Source of the DNA: Neoechinorhynchus agilis | Lineage: Eukaryota > Animalia > Acanthocephala | Assembly (NCBI GenBank): GCA_051530055.1 | Contig: CM121343.1 | Coordinates: 4,806,389 to 4,870,388, forward strand | DNA length: 64,000 nucleotides | Direction: 5' to 3' | Shown here: piece by piece, positions 50,021-62,948 of the stretch | Layout: every line of letters starts with the position of its first letter | How positions within the stretch are numbered: the first letter of the stretch is position 1 | Notes under the pieces: model-generated | The model's input: only the letters and a program-made list of their open reading frames with translations | The model's database searches: none | What the model was told of the DNA's origin: nothing | Program-made: the position numbers and the translations under genes

Positions 50021-53000
50021 TTAGCACCTCCCCGAAGTCGTCCAGGGTCTGTCTGACTCCATTCTTCTGGGAATGACCTCCTCGTAATGGGGAGGTGAGC
50101 ACAGGTTGAAAGCTAGGCGGCAACAACGCACTAGCGATTCCTGTGGCCAATGGACGCACGTGAAGACCTCAACGGTGGATCTGGCGTGATAGAACAGGCT
50201 CCTTAAACACGGCAGAGAAGGTGGACAGTGTTCGGCAACCCGTTGCAGGTTCCGGTGGATCCATGGTCGTCTCCCACAGCGATGCCACGTGGAAGAAACT
50301 GGAATCGAAGTTCTCTTGGGACTGGTTCCCGAAGACAGTCCTTTGTTCACGCGGAGGCTCCATCATTCTAGTCCTTGCTTCTCTGGGAATCCCTTGGATG
50401 TGATTCTCTGCAGATTCACTATGTGTGACGGGAGAGGGGGAAGTGACTCCTAAACTCCTAGCTTAGAAGGTACACATGGGCGGTGAGCATAAGATGGCCG
50501 CTAGCCTTCTGAAAATCGGGTTGCAGAGGCTTTCGTGTCCTATGCTTAACGACGGAGCAGACCTATTTAGGTGCAGCGCTGCCCCCCCTTCTCTGCAAGG
50601 GAAGGTCCGATGAAAGGAGGACTAAAAACCTCCAACCTGAACAATTCGCCAACCAGGGAGCCGCTCCTAATGGCTCACTTCTTTTTGCGGTCGAAATAAA
50701 CAAATTCCCTTTCGGATTGCCTCATGGAATGTTAGAACACCTTTGAATATGGATGATGATGATGATGATGATGAATGTAAAAGACATCAGCGAAGAACAG
50801 CACTAGTGGCGAGAGAACTTGAGCGCATTAATGTCGATATTGCGGCATTGAGCGAGACAAGAATATTGGATGAAGGATCGCTTACAGAGATCGGAGTATA
50901 CCTTCTTTTGGATTGGAAGGAGAGCACGCGAACCACGGACGCTGGCTTCCCTGTTAAGACGAAATTGGTACAACAACACAGTCTACATCCCATTGGCGTC
51001 AACGCACGCCTAATGCAGGTCAGAATACCGCTCATCAACGAAAAATTTCTCACGATCATCAGTGCCTATTCCCCCCCCACACTGACAACTCAGGATCCAG
51101 TCAAAGAAACCTTCTATGATGACTTAAGAAGGATCCTTCGAACTGTTCCCAATGGAGACAAACTCCTGCTTATGGGGGACTTCAATGCAAGAGTGGGGAG
51201 AAACCATGAACTCTGGCCTGGGGTGCTCGGAAGAAGCGGCATTGGGAACTGCAATGCCAATGGAGATATCCTTTTGCAACTCTGCTCGAAGTTCGAACTG
51301 GTCATCACAAACGCTGTCTTCCGACAAAAGGATAATTTTAAAACTACTTGGATGCACCTAAGGTCCAAACATTGACACATTATCACAAGGCAACGAGACC
51401 TTGGAGGTGCCCATCAGACCAAGGCAATGCTCTCTGCAGATGACTGTTGGACGGATTATCGTATGTTGCTCTCCAAAATCCTAAAACCCAAGAAAACTGT
51501 TGAACAACTACCACGGAAGAAATTGGCGGTTCACAAGCTCCAGGGAGATTCGTTGAAACTGTAGGAAGTAAGCTAAGGGCTCAGCCCCTCCCTCATGCGA
51601 CTACACCGGAGGAAGAATGGAAGATTTTGAGAACTGCGCTCCTGGAATCCGCTGAATATGTTCTAGGTAACTCCTCTAGGAAAGATGAGGATTGGTTCGA
51701 CGACAAGATCCGGAAGCTCATCAATACGAAAAGGAAGGCAAAGATGGACTGGGAGAGAGAAGAACAACCGTTCAAGACAAGAATACTACCACCAGCTCAA
51801 AGCTGAAACACAGAGAACTCTCCGAAATCTGAAGAACGAATGATGGATCGCTAAGGCGAAGGAAATTCAAGAATATGCTGACTCTGCGATCTTCCAAAAA
51901 AAATTTGAAGCTACCAGACAAATCTTCGGACCAAAAAGAAATACGTCCACACCATTACGAACATCTGATGGATCGAAGTTGCTTCAGGACAAGAACGAGA
52001 TCGCAGAAAGATAGAAGGAGCACTTTGATACACTTCTGAACTCCTCCACAGCTGCTGTAGAAGGCTTTCTGAACAATGTTCCAAGAGGACATCTGAGATT
52101 AGAAATGGATCAACCACCGAGCATGCAGGAATTGACGACAGCAATCAATGGAATGAGCAATAATAAAACTCCAGGGATGGATTGTATACCAGCTGAGCTC
52201 CTGAAAGCAGGATGCCTTGTACTGAAAGCAAGGATCCACCATCTGATCCTGCGCATCTGGGAGACCGGCTAAGTCCCAAAAGACCTCAAGGACAGCATCA
52301 TCATACCGATCTTCAAGAATGGAGACCATGCCGATTGTGGAAACTACAGAGGTATATCCCTACTATCTTCATTAGGAAAGGTACTTGCAAAGATACTACA
52401 GGCACGACTCCAGAACCCAGCGGAAGTTCTTCTCCCTGAATCTCAATGTGGGTTTCGCCCGAATAGAAGAACCGTGGACATGATTTTCACTCTCCGACAG
52501 GTCCAAGAAAAATGTAGGGAACAATGTCGACCAATATACATCATATTCTATGACCTGGTTAATGCTTTTGATTGTGTCCCCGTGCAGCTCTATGGAAGGT
52601 CCTTGAACATCTGGGATACCCAGCCCGGTTCATGAAAGTTCTGAAGGCAATGCATGAGAACATAAGAGGCAGAGTATTGAGCGCTGGTGAGATATCGCCG
52701 CCTTTCCCGGTCCAGACAGGAGCAAAACAGGAAGACACGGTTGCACCAACGCTCTTTGTTCTTTACATGGCAGCAATGTCCATGATCCTTCCACCTCCTC
52801 ATGAAGATAATATCAACATACGAACTAGAACTGGCGGAGGTCTATTTATCCTCCGAAGACTCAAAGCCAGAAACAAGATGACCCTTCACCATCTCAGCGA
52901 CTGACTATATGCTGATGGCAACGCAGTCCTGAGGCACTCACAGGAATCCCTCCAAAGGATATCCGATGCATATATTGATGATTATGAACGCTTCGGCCTT

Positions 53001-53370
53001 AGCATATCGACTAAGAAGACCAAAACATTGGCCCAACCCATACCTAGTCAGCAAGAACGATTAACGTGCAAGATTCAAATACACGGAGAGGAGGTAGAGC
53101 AAGTGGACCAATTCGTGTATTTTGGAGGGGTCCATACCATCGATGCTACAATTCAAGCAGAAGTCCTGAGCCGAATCAGAGCAGCAAGCCTTGCATACGG
53201 AAAGCTCTATCTTAGGGTCTTCAACTGCAAGGACATCAAAGTAGGAACAAAAATGCTGGCCTACCGAGCCGTCGTTGTATCCACACTTCTATACGGCTGC
53301 GGGAATCGGACCCTGTATAGATCAGATCTCAAGAAGCTCGAATGATTCCATCAATCGAAACCTTTTGGAT
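50020..53370 (+). mobile_element. RTE/BovB-like LINE, near full length (putative 5' UTR from ~50.0 kb, APE, RT), with stops and frameshifts
   Basis: WNVRT..RRTALVARELERINVDIAALSETR, IISAYSPP, LLMGDFNARVG, GNYRGISLLS, PESQCGFRPNR, YDLVNAFDCV, YADGN, LLYGC. Confidence 0.92.
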
Positions 53371-53559
53371 TCATAGTGCGCTATTCGTCTTTCACCTGTT
53401 TAAAAAAGTTATAAGCTGGAAAAAATAAACGAATTGCTTTAAAAAATGACTTGACGGAATCTTTTCCCAAATTAGTGATAATATAAACGCCTGGCATCCA
53501 ATGAAACTTTTCTTATAATTGAAATTAACTCACACCACTTTTACAGGCGTTTAAGAATA

Positions 53560-53760
53560 TTCACGCCACCGCCTTTCTGGATCACTCAACTGCCGTCCTG
53601 GTGTTGTAATGGTTGAAAGGACGGATGAAGCGTTCCCCCGTTGCATAGCCAGATTTATGTTTTGCAGGAGGAATGCACTTGCCCTCAGATCACCAGTTAT
53701 TCGTCTCAATCTCTTGGACATTTGCTTGACCAGATCCGGCGCCGCGGTACCATACGACCC
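53560..53760 (-). mobile_element. CRE-like 3'-end fragment
   Basis: Matches 34395-34560 (ggatcactcaactgccgtcctggtg...gcgttcccccgttgc...ttgcttgaccag). Confidence 0.7.
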
Positions 53761-53894
53761 GAGTGTCGTTTCAACGACGGCAGATTTTTACTGAAAGCAT
53801 TCGATATTTTTATTCCACTGAACAAAGCGTGAACTCAAACTGCCCAATATACTTCGATAAAAGTACAGCAATAAAGATTATAATTTTTTGTGTT

Positions 53895-54985
53895 GTACCT
53901 TTGGGTCCTCATAAACACGCGGTTATGATGAAAATTTTATTAAGGCATTCGGTGAGCGGGGGAAAATAAACTGTGCAAATTTTAGATGCTCTTCTATGAA
54001 ACATTTCAAGGCGACGGATTTGTGATTTCGATAGGTTGCAAAAGACGGGATAACTGTAGGCGAGGGAGGGTAAAATAAAGCTGAGGTAAAATCCGCAGAG
54101 ATCGGGCGAGGGAATTCCTAAATGGCGGAGGCGTTTGAGGACATAAATTTTAAAGGTATTGCGTTTGAGGGAAAATGTCATATGCGTGATGTTTGATTGA
54201 AATTGAAGACCCATAATTCTTAGGAAGGTGACTCGTAGGATGTCATTTAGATGCTCGGGGTGGGATGTGCGAGAATGAGGGGATCATTTCGAAGCATTTA
54301 GAGAAATTCAGACGGAGTTATTGATTGGTGGGGAAATTTCTTATGTGTCTGATTATGAATTTCTTGGGAATTGTCGAAGTTAGTGATGGTTGAGGAAGGG
54401 TCATTTGTGTTGTCAGAGTGGAATGTGCGAACTCTAGAGTTGAACAATTTTATAAAATTGTAGATGTGCTGATCACGTTTCTCCCAGACGGGTAAACGGG
54501 GAGATTTTAAACGCTGAGGTGGGTGGAGGGAGTAATAAGAGCAGAAGGGTGGTCAGACTTCGTGGGGGGGAGGGAGTTCAGAGGCGGATGAGCAGGCGTC
54601 GATATTTGTGACCACTTTGTCAAGGTGAGCGTCAAGACGATTTGGAAAGTCAATAAGTTGACGCAACTCGGAGAAGTGTAGAAGAGGAAATAAATTATTG
54701 TAGTCCCCTGCAATTAAGAAATGGTGTGAATTTGTAGGGTTTATGAGCTCAATCATGGAATTAAGTTGGCGCAAAGAAGACTCAGGACGAGAGGCAGGAG
54801 GGCGATCGATGCCAGCAATGGTGAATTCTCTAAGGCCGTTTCTCAGACTCATCGCTTCAATTAATGAGTCCTTTAGAGTTTCAGTGACTCGTTCAAACCA
54901 CTTCTTTAGTGCAACATCAATAAGAGTGGAATACTCCGCCGATTCCCGTTCATTCTTCATTGATTTGTTGAGAGAGTAGACGGTG
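53895..54985 (-). mobile_element. CR1/L2-like LINE, internally deleted (APE joined to RT C-terminus)
   Basis: FTIAGIDRPP...FLIAGDYN...HLDKVVTN (APE) and LQFQSNI..RNTFKIYVLKRLRHLGIPSPDL..ILPSLAYSYPVFCNLSKSQI, nearly identical to 33.3-33.6 kb. Confidence 0.88.
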
Positions 54986-55818
54986 ACGAGAGAGAGGAAA
55001 CGAAAATACTTCGACTATTGCTCTAAGGATAAAAATATTTAAGCAAAACACTCTGCAAGCCAGAGACCGAGAAATAATATTTGATTTAAACTTTTGTTTG
55101 ATGGTCGCTAAATGGAAAGCAATTGAGAGTTTTTGTCGAGAAACCTTGTCTTATCTCTGAATGTTTCGTTACCGTGGATGGGTCCAAAATAACTATCGGA
55201 TTTTACTCATCGAAATTAAACTATTTTGTTGGTCTATCTTGGCGCAACAGTGGCAGGTGTTTGAGTTATCAGTCGTCGGTTTCACCGTGCGGAATGCTTC
55301 GCACACCTGCATGATCACTCGTGTTCCTTTGGGTTTGATCAAATACCCAAAACCAGTGATCGGGAAGTTTTTGTTTCCTGCGGATTCAAAATAAACCACG
55401 AATCTCTTTAAAACCATAATTTTAAAGACGAACATGTGAATTCCTTTAAAGTAAGATGAAAATCATCAAGGTTACCGCAATATTCAGCCTAAGATACTCT
55501 AGGGAAGAAAATAGTTAAACCATGTAAATACTTGTTAAGAAACAATAATTTACGGCAACCCCTAAAGGCCATTTTGACATTTGGACATTGCGCCCTTCAA
55601 TTATATTATAAACAGAGGCAGTGAAAATGGAGTCATACAACTACCTACGAATAACCGTGAGGACTCCCAAGAAACGAGTATCATAATTTGTGCTCCAAGT
55701 TTGCATTTCCAAAGGATTCTTTCTATATTTTTCATGATTGATGATGTCATCAGTTCTTAAACGAAAGAATCTTGAACAAGCAATGTCCATTCGCGCTACT
55801 CTCTAACTTGCTGAGATA

Positions 55819-56607
55819 ATGCTGGAGGCGCGTTTGATACAAGGTTCGATTCTTAAGAAGTTGCTGGATTCTATTCACCCGCCAATCACGGATGCAACTT
55901 GGGATTGCGAGACCAATGGCGTTCATCTCCAAGCGATGGATAACTGTCACACGACGTTGGTATCGTTGATGCTCCGTTCTGATGGGTTCGAGAATTACAG
56001 ATGTGACCGTCGAATGAGCCTCAGCATGAATTTACATTCGATGTCAAAAATTCTGAAGTGTGCGGGCACCGATGATGCTATTACGCTTCGTGCGGACGAG
56101 GAGAAGGACTCGGTGACGTTCATTTTCGAGTCTCCTAATGGTGAGCGGATCTGTGAGTACGAGTTAAAGTTGATGGACTTGGCCGGTGAACACTTGAGTA
56201 TTCCCGATAAGAAATATCAATGCAAGGTCAAAATGCCCAGTGCCGAGTTTTCAAGAATCATCAAGGATTTGAGCAGTGTTGGCGAAACGGTTCAGATTGA
56301 CTGTATGAAGGATAAGATAAGATATAGTTGCAAAGGAGACCTCGCCAGCGGGAACATCACTCTCGCTCAGAATTGCTCTATCGATAAAGATGACGATTCT
56401 ATTATTATTCAAACAAACGAACAGATTACTCTTACCTTTTCGCTCAAATACCTAATGTACTGCACTAAGGCCAGCTCCCTCTCTACCTCCGTCAGCATGT
56501 GCATGTCCACCGATACACCGCTAATGGTCGAATATAAGATCGCTGATATTGGCTACATTCGGTATTTTATGGCGCCTAAGATTGAAGAGGATATGGACGA
56601 AGATTGA
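55819..56607 (+). CDS. PCNA: Proliferating cell nuclear antigen, intronless, 262 aa
   Basis: MLEARLIQGSILKK, LQAMDNCHTTLVSL, FENYRCDR, ELKLMDL, CMKD (K164 equivalent), TFSLKYL and IGYIRYFMAPKIEE. Confidence 0.98.
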   Translation: MLEARLIQGSILKKLLDSIHPPITDATWDCETNGVHLQAMDNCHTTLVSLMLRSDGFENYRCDRRMSLSMNLHSMSKILKCAGTDDAITLRADEEKDSVTFIFESPNGERICEYELKLMDLAGEHLSIPDKKYQCKVKMPSAEFSRIIKDLSSVGETVQIDCMKDKIRYSCKGDLASGNITLAQNCSIDKDDDSIIIQTNEQITLTFSLKYLMYCTKASSLSTSVSMCMSTDTPLMVEYKIADIGYIRYFMAPKIEEDMDED

Positions 56608-57737
56608 AAACATAATAGAAACACGTTTGGCTGTAACCTAAACATTCCCCAAGTTGGGCTTATTATTTAAGACATTTTAATGCCTTTTTGCCTCGTATTT
56701 ACCTTAAGAGCATGTGAAAAGTACGGATGGCAACTAAAATTTAATTTGTGCCTTTGTTTTCATTGAACGGTTCGATTCTATGCAGTGCTCTGTAATTTAA
56801 CAGCTTAAAAGTTTGAATTCGTTGAACGCGGCCGCACCCAAAACTATTCTGTCAGAATCCTTCATGGATTTAGAATTAGTTGAATCCACCTCGATGTCTA
56901 AGCACCACTGATTTCATCCACGTTGGTCAGAACTTGGTTTGAGAAGGAATTCCGAAACCTCTTTGGTTCTTGTGCCGACTCCAGACAACCAGCACTTACG
57001 GACGTAACCACGCAGAATTTTGAACCAAAGTTCGAAAATGGCTTTGAGCGAGTTAGTGCAAGAGACCTGCTCGCCGTTTAAAATCCCTCGAATAAGTGAT
57101 GCGTCGTAAATTAGGGGCTACACAACCACAATTACTCGCTAAAGCGCTTCATCAGCCTGACGAAAAGGCTCGATTGGGTTACCGGCGCTACATTGCGGGC
57201 CGACATCTATAAGACAATTGAACTGATTTCAGTCGTTAGCTCTGCAGCTTGCAAGCTCAAAGTCCATTGTTTCAATGCAGGTGCGGGAAACGGCAGCCAT
57301 GCCCAAAGTGCACGGAAATTGTGCATCCATTGCACTCTACATGTTACCTACTGACTTGACTGCATGGCTACAAACCGCGCCATTTTTTATCTAGAACCAA
57401 ATTTTCCTTACAAAATATCATCTCAGACAAACGGCACTTTAGGGTAAACCTGGTCCCTTAGTTTTTAAAATAGGTACATCCTTTTCGGTTGAAAAAGGTG
57501 ATAAGTTTTTGTTGGAGATACAATCGCATAAGACGCCGCTAAATCATTACTTTTAGAGACGTGCTGATTTTTGTTAACAATACACCATTTCTTACTCCCT
57601 TTCTTGCATATCCTCCTCTAGCGGCTTCCCGTCTATATCTTCTTCGGTGGAATCATAGGACAGTTTTTCGTGGCTCACTGACCGAACACCATGTTGTTCT
57701 CTTGTGTCCTCTATGGGTTTCCCATCGATATCGTCTT
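56540..57737. repeat. Left arm of an inverted duplication (partner 62803-64000; may extend further left)
   Basis: Reverse-complement identity over 1198 bp with no indel. One substitution was noticed (57304 C vs 63236 A on the plus strand). Confidence 0.95.
57592..57737 (-). pseudogene. U2SURP: Duplicated 146-bp 3' end of the U2SURP last ORF, truncated by the 245-bp array
   Basis: Reverse complement of 62803-62948. Identity stops at atcgtctt|accctacc, where the array begins. Confidence 0.9.
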
Positions 57738-59850
57738 ACCCTACCTTACAAGCACCCCTGCAAGCAATATACACCAATTCCCACCAGAAAAGACCTTCCA
57801 ACCCGCTCACTGACATGGGTCAAGGAAACACATAAAACCACTTTGTGCTTTTAACAATACGCGGCTATGAGTTCTGTATGCATCCCAGTCCGGATTCTCA
57901 GATACCTGCCAGAGAGACCAACGAGTTATTTCGTCCCCATTGGTTGTGTGCGTCATCGGCGGTAACGGATTCGAACCCTATGACCCTACCTTACAAGCGC
58001 TCCTGCAAGCAATAAACACCAATTCCCACCAGAACAGACCTTCCAACCCGCTCACTGACATGGGTCAAGGAAACACATAAAACCACTTTGTGCTTTTAAC
58101 AATACGCGGCTATGAGTTCTGTATGCATCCCAGTCCGGATTCTCAGATACCTGCCAGAGAGACCAACGAGTTATTTCGTCCCCATTGGTTGTGTGCGTCA
58201 TCGGCGGTAACGGATTCGAACCCTATGACCCTACCTTACAAGCGCTCCTGCAAGCAATAAACACCAATTCCCACCAGAACGGACCTTCCAAACCGCCCAC
58301 TGACGGGGGTTAAGAAAACAGATAAAAGCACTGTGATCTGAACAATACGCTGCTATGAGTTTTGTATGAATCCCCGTCCGGATTTTTTAGATACCTTCCG
58401 AAGAGACCAACGAGTTATTTCGTCCCTACTGGTTGTGTGCGTCATCGGCGGTAACGGATTCGAACCCTACGACCCTACCTTACAAGCGCGCCTGCAAGCA
58501 ACAAACACCAATTCAGACCAGAGCGGACCTTTCAATCCGCCCACTGACATGGGTCAAGGAAAACCATAAAACAACTTTGTGCTCTGAACAATACGCGGCT
58601 ATGAGTTCTGCATGCATGTGCTCTGAACAATACGCGGCTATGAGTTCTGCATGCATCCCTGTCCGGATTCTCAGATACCTCCCGGGGAGACCAACGAGTT
58701 ATTTCTTCCCCATTGGTTGTGTGCGTCATCGGCGGTAACGGATTCGAACCCTATGACCCTACCTTACAAGCGCTCCTGCAAGAAATAAACACCAGTTTCC
58801 ACCAGAACGGACCTTCCAAACCGCCCACTGACACGGGTTAAGAAAACACATAAAACCCCTTTGTGCTCTGAACAATACGCGGCTATGAGTTCTGTATGCA
58901 TCCCCGCCCGGATTTTTTAGATACCCCCCGAAGAGACCAACGAGTTATTTCGTCCCCATTGGTTGTCTGGGTCATCGGCGGTAACGGATTCGAACCCTAT
59001 GACCCTACCTTACAAGCGCTCCTGCAGGCTACAAACACCAATTCCCACCAGAACGGACCTTCTAAGCCGCCCACTGACATGAGTCAAATAAACACATAAA
59101 ACCACTTTGTGCTCTGAACAATACGCGGATATGAGTTCTGTATGCATCTCAGTTCGGATTCTCAGATACCTCCCGGGGAGACCAACGAGTTATTTCGTCC
59201 CCATTGGTTGTAGGCGTCATCGGCGGTAACGGATTCGAACCCTATGACCCTACATTACAAGCGCTCCTGCAAGAAATAAACATCAATTCCCACCAGAACG
59301 GACCTTCCAACCCGCCCACTGACATGGGTCAAGGAAACACATAAAACCAATTTGTGCTCTGAACAATACGCGGCTATGAATTCTGTATGCATCCCAGTCC
59401 GGATTCTCCGATACCTCCCGGGGAGACCAACGAGTTATTTCGTCCCCATTGGTTGTGTGCGTCATCGGCGTTAACGGAGTCGAACCCTATGACCCTACCT
59501 TACAAGCGCTCCTGCAAGCAATAAACACCAATTCCCACCAGAACGGACATTCCAAACCGCCCACTGACGCGGGTTAAGAAAACAGATAAAACCACTGTGA
59601 TCTGAACAATACGCGGCTATGAGTTCTGCACGAATCCCCGTCCGGATTTTTTAGATACCTCCCGAAGAGACCAACGAGTTATTTCGTCCCCACTGGTTGT
59701 GTGCGTCATCGGCGGTAACGGATTGGAAGCCTATGACCCTACCTTACAAGCGCTCCTGTAAGGAATAAACACCAATTCCCACCAGAACGGACCTTCCAAC
59801 CCGCCCACTGACATGGGTCAGGGAAACACATAAAACCACTTTGTGCTCTG
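57738..59850 (-). repeat. Tandem array of a 245-bp tRNA-derived SINE-like unit, ~8.5 copies
   Basis: accctacc unit starts at 57738, 57983, 58228, 58472, 58756 (39-bp internal duplication), 59002, 59247, 59492 and 59736. The minus strand has A-box-like tggtgggaattgg and B-box gggttcgaatcc about 40 nt apart. Confidence 0.92.
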
Positions 59851-59961
59851 AGCCTTATGGGTTTTTTCTTCGACTGGCGCTTAAATACGGTAGAATTCAC
59901 TGACGTTGGTGAGCAAGGCTGGCCAATTCGTCATTGTTGGAGCGGTTTAGTGGTGGACACG

Positions 59962-62948
59962 ATGTCGAACGAGAAGTTGCCATGGGGTCTTGATTCGAGT
60001 TCTCTGGCCCCGGGATCTTTGCGTACAATAACTGATGCAAAGATAAGGGCCTTTGAACACGGCGATATGAACAAAACGACGAAGACAATGATGACCAAGA
60101 AAGAGCAAGAGGAATTAAAGCGCAAGCAGGAACAAGAAGCCACTGCTGAGGTCTACAGAGATTTCGTTGCATCGTTTCAAGATTCTGGTTCGGTCAAATC
60201 ATTTGTTAAGGGGGATACGATCGCTCAGCTAAACCCAGAAGGGAGTATGCAAGTAAAAAGAGGATCATTGCATCACTTCGAAGGTGAGAGGCCCGCTGCT
60301 GCTTATCAAGGCTCCCGTCAGGATGATTGTGGCTCTAAAAGACAGAAAAGTAATTTGGAAGTATTCAAAGAAGAGTTAAATCGTGATGATTTTTGTGCAA
60401 TGTTCATAATATTTTAAAATTCCTAAGCACTTAAAATTCGAATGTTCTTGTTCCACTGCGACTTCTAGCAAATTTGCATTATCGGAAATCACTGTTTTCA
60501 GACAATCATTCATTTTAAAATTTTAGTATTTCTTTTAATTTCCTGCTACCTGTCTTTCCGTCAAAAGACGGCTGATCGACTTAACGAAAAATTAGAATCG
60601 TGGTGAGGATACTTCCGATCAAGAGGACTTAAACATTGACTGGTTAGGCTTCACTGCAATTCTAACTTTATCATACCGAAGGATTTTCTCTCCATTATTG
60701 ACGAAAAATTGATGATCGCGATTGTTTTGTCGGCTTTCCTCTGTAGAAATTGCTACGATCCACGAAAAGGGCTTCAAATGTCTGTGCGAATAGCGTCAAA
60801 AGTTTTTTAGAGCAGCGTTAAGAACTTTGTATTACGAGTTTTGTGGCTTGCGATTCATTACAAGGCCGTTACGTTTTTCAATTTACTTAGCACCAAGGGA
60901 CACTTAAATCGTCATAAATAAAGTGGATTCAGAAGGAGCGCGATCGAAGAGCTCCTAAAGGTGATGAAATTCCCAAGATTCAATCTGAGGTATCCTTGCA
61001 ACTTCCACATGATCCACCGCGGCAGTGCTTCTCATGCGATGACCCAAACAGCACAAATATATTCGTCAGCAACTTGGCACCCAGTCTTCGTGAACTGGAC
61101 GTTATGCGCATATTTGGGGCTTACGGCAGCTTAGCGAGTGTAAAGATCATGTACCCCAGGACCGATGAAGAACATTCCAGAGGGACAAATTGTGGCTTTG
61201 TTGCTTTCATGTTGCGCAAAGATGCCGAATCGGCGATTAATGCTCTCAATGGAACTGAGCAGCATGGCCTAAAGATTCGCACTGGTTGGGGAAAATCAAT
61301 AAGTCTTCCAAAAGCTCCGTTGTGCATTCCAAATGATGTGTCTCTCAAGAACAACGTATTTCTTCCTCTTGGTGCTCGGTCAAAACTGCCTAATTCAACG
61401 ACGTTAAGCAAAATTGGTGCAGCATTCGGTGGTCAATCAACCATAACCGTGACCATGCCAAGTGACTCAACGACTATTGCTACCATTCATCGAACGATTG
61501 AATATGTTATTCGAGAGGGGCCAGAATTCGAGGAATTGCTCATACAGGAAAAAACGAATGATCTAAATTTGAATTTCCTGTGGGAATACGACTCAGTTGA
61601 GCATATCTATTATCGATGGAAGCTCTTCTCAATTTTAAATGGTGACAGTGTATTTAGTTGGAAAATAGAGCCGTTCGTGATGTTTGCCGGTGGACGATTA
61701 TGGATACCACCGGCACTCCCTGTGCTCACTACAGCACTGGGTTCGGCGGACGAATCTTATGATAAAGATGCTCGATCTGAGTTTAGAAACACCCAGTGTG
61801 CTAAGTTTGAAGTTTCTCTTTTCCGCTGCGAAGAACGTGGGACCGCCATACGACAGTAAGATTAAGTCGAGTCTTCGAATTTTGCTTTCTAACTTTTTGT
61901 TCAACCTACTTTTAGCTCCTCTAACTCTTTTCGTCTCTTCGGTTCATTTTTCTCTTAATATTCAAGTTTCATTTTTCATGCTTTCTTCACTATCTCCTCT
62001 ATTTTCGTTTTTACTTTTCGCATTGAAGCCTCACTTGTAGGCGACAGGATGATTTTAAATTCTATTGCTGATTTTCCAATACTTATGATTTAGTTTAAGA
62101 ACGGGATGTGCGTCATGGTAAACACTCGCTCATTTGAATAATTCTTTTGACTATTCATCTCAGTGAAAAAAGCTAATCTAGACAACTTATTTAAGGTTGA
62201 TCTTCTTAAACACTACCGAGATTTCGAAAATCTTCTGTTCAACTTTAAACTCTACACAGATCGTCCAGCTAAATCACATTTGGAGTTCGAGAAAAAACGT
62301 GGTCGAATTTCAGACCGACGAAGGGCAAAGTTAAACCGGAGGTTGAAGAGTCTTACACTTGATCGAGATTCAGTTGCTGAATGTATGATGTTATGTATAG
62401 ATTATTCTGATAATGCTGAACAGGTAATTGATATGATTATTGGCAATATGCTTGATTGCGGCGACGCAACTGAAACGGCCACTGCGATGGCGTTCAGAAA
62501 GCTTGCCTATTTATTTCTGATCTGCGATGTCCTTTATAATTGCGGTGTTCGAATCGCAAATGCATCATATTATAGAAAAGGGCTCGAGAGAAGATTAGTT
62601 GAATTTTTTGAGCATTTGGGATTGATGTACAAAAACATCTCAAGTCGAATAAGGGCTGAACAATTCAAGTATAAAGTGATGACGTGCTTTAAAGCATGGC
62701 ATTCCTGTTGCGTTTATCCCAGTGATTTTCTTGCGCAATTGCAAAGTACATTCCTAAGATACGATAGGGGTTACTTTTCTTCATTATCAATGAAGGATAA
62801 TGAAGACGATATCGATGGGAAACCCATAGAGGACACAAGAGAACAACATGGTGTTCGGTCAGTGAGCCACGAAAAACTGTCCTATGATTCCACCGAAGAA
62901 GATATAGACGGGAAGCCGCTAGAGGAGGATATGCAAGAAAGGGAGTAA
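59962..62948 (+). CDS. U2SURP: U2 snRNP-associated SURP motif protein (SR140): N-terminal region, RRM, SURP, CID; at least 3 exons (~59962-60382, ~60924-61850, ~62260-62948), junctions uncertain
   Basis: KKEQEELKRKQEQEATAEVYRDF, KSNLEVFKEEL..IQKERDR, DPNSTNIFVSNL...GSLASVKIMYPR...NCGFVAFM (RRM), IHRTIEYVIREGPEFE...YYRWKLFSILNGD (SURP), LAYLFLICDVLYNC...NASYYRK...VMTCFKAW (CID). Confidence 0.93.

Noticed and set aside
50076-50096. HDV-like ribozyme in the RTE 5' UTR (ACCUCCUCGU motif)
   Set aside because: The P3' and P1' strands are not where the fold requires them; the sequence forms a simple hairpin acctcc/ggaggt.
57738-59850. Array of functional tRNA genes
   Set aside because: A- and B-box-like motifs are present, but the acceptor and anticodon stems do not pair; this is a tRNA-derived head only.
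60990-60997. U12-type 5' splice site GTATCCTT
   Set aside because: It lies inside a continuous open frame between IQKERDR and the RRM; no U12 branch site was identified.
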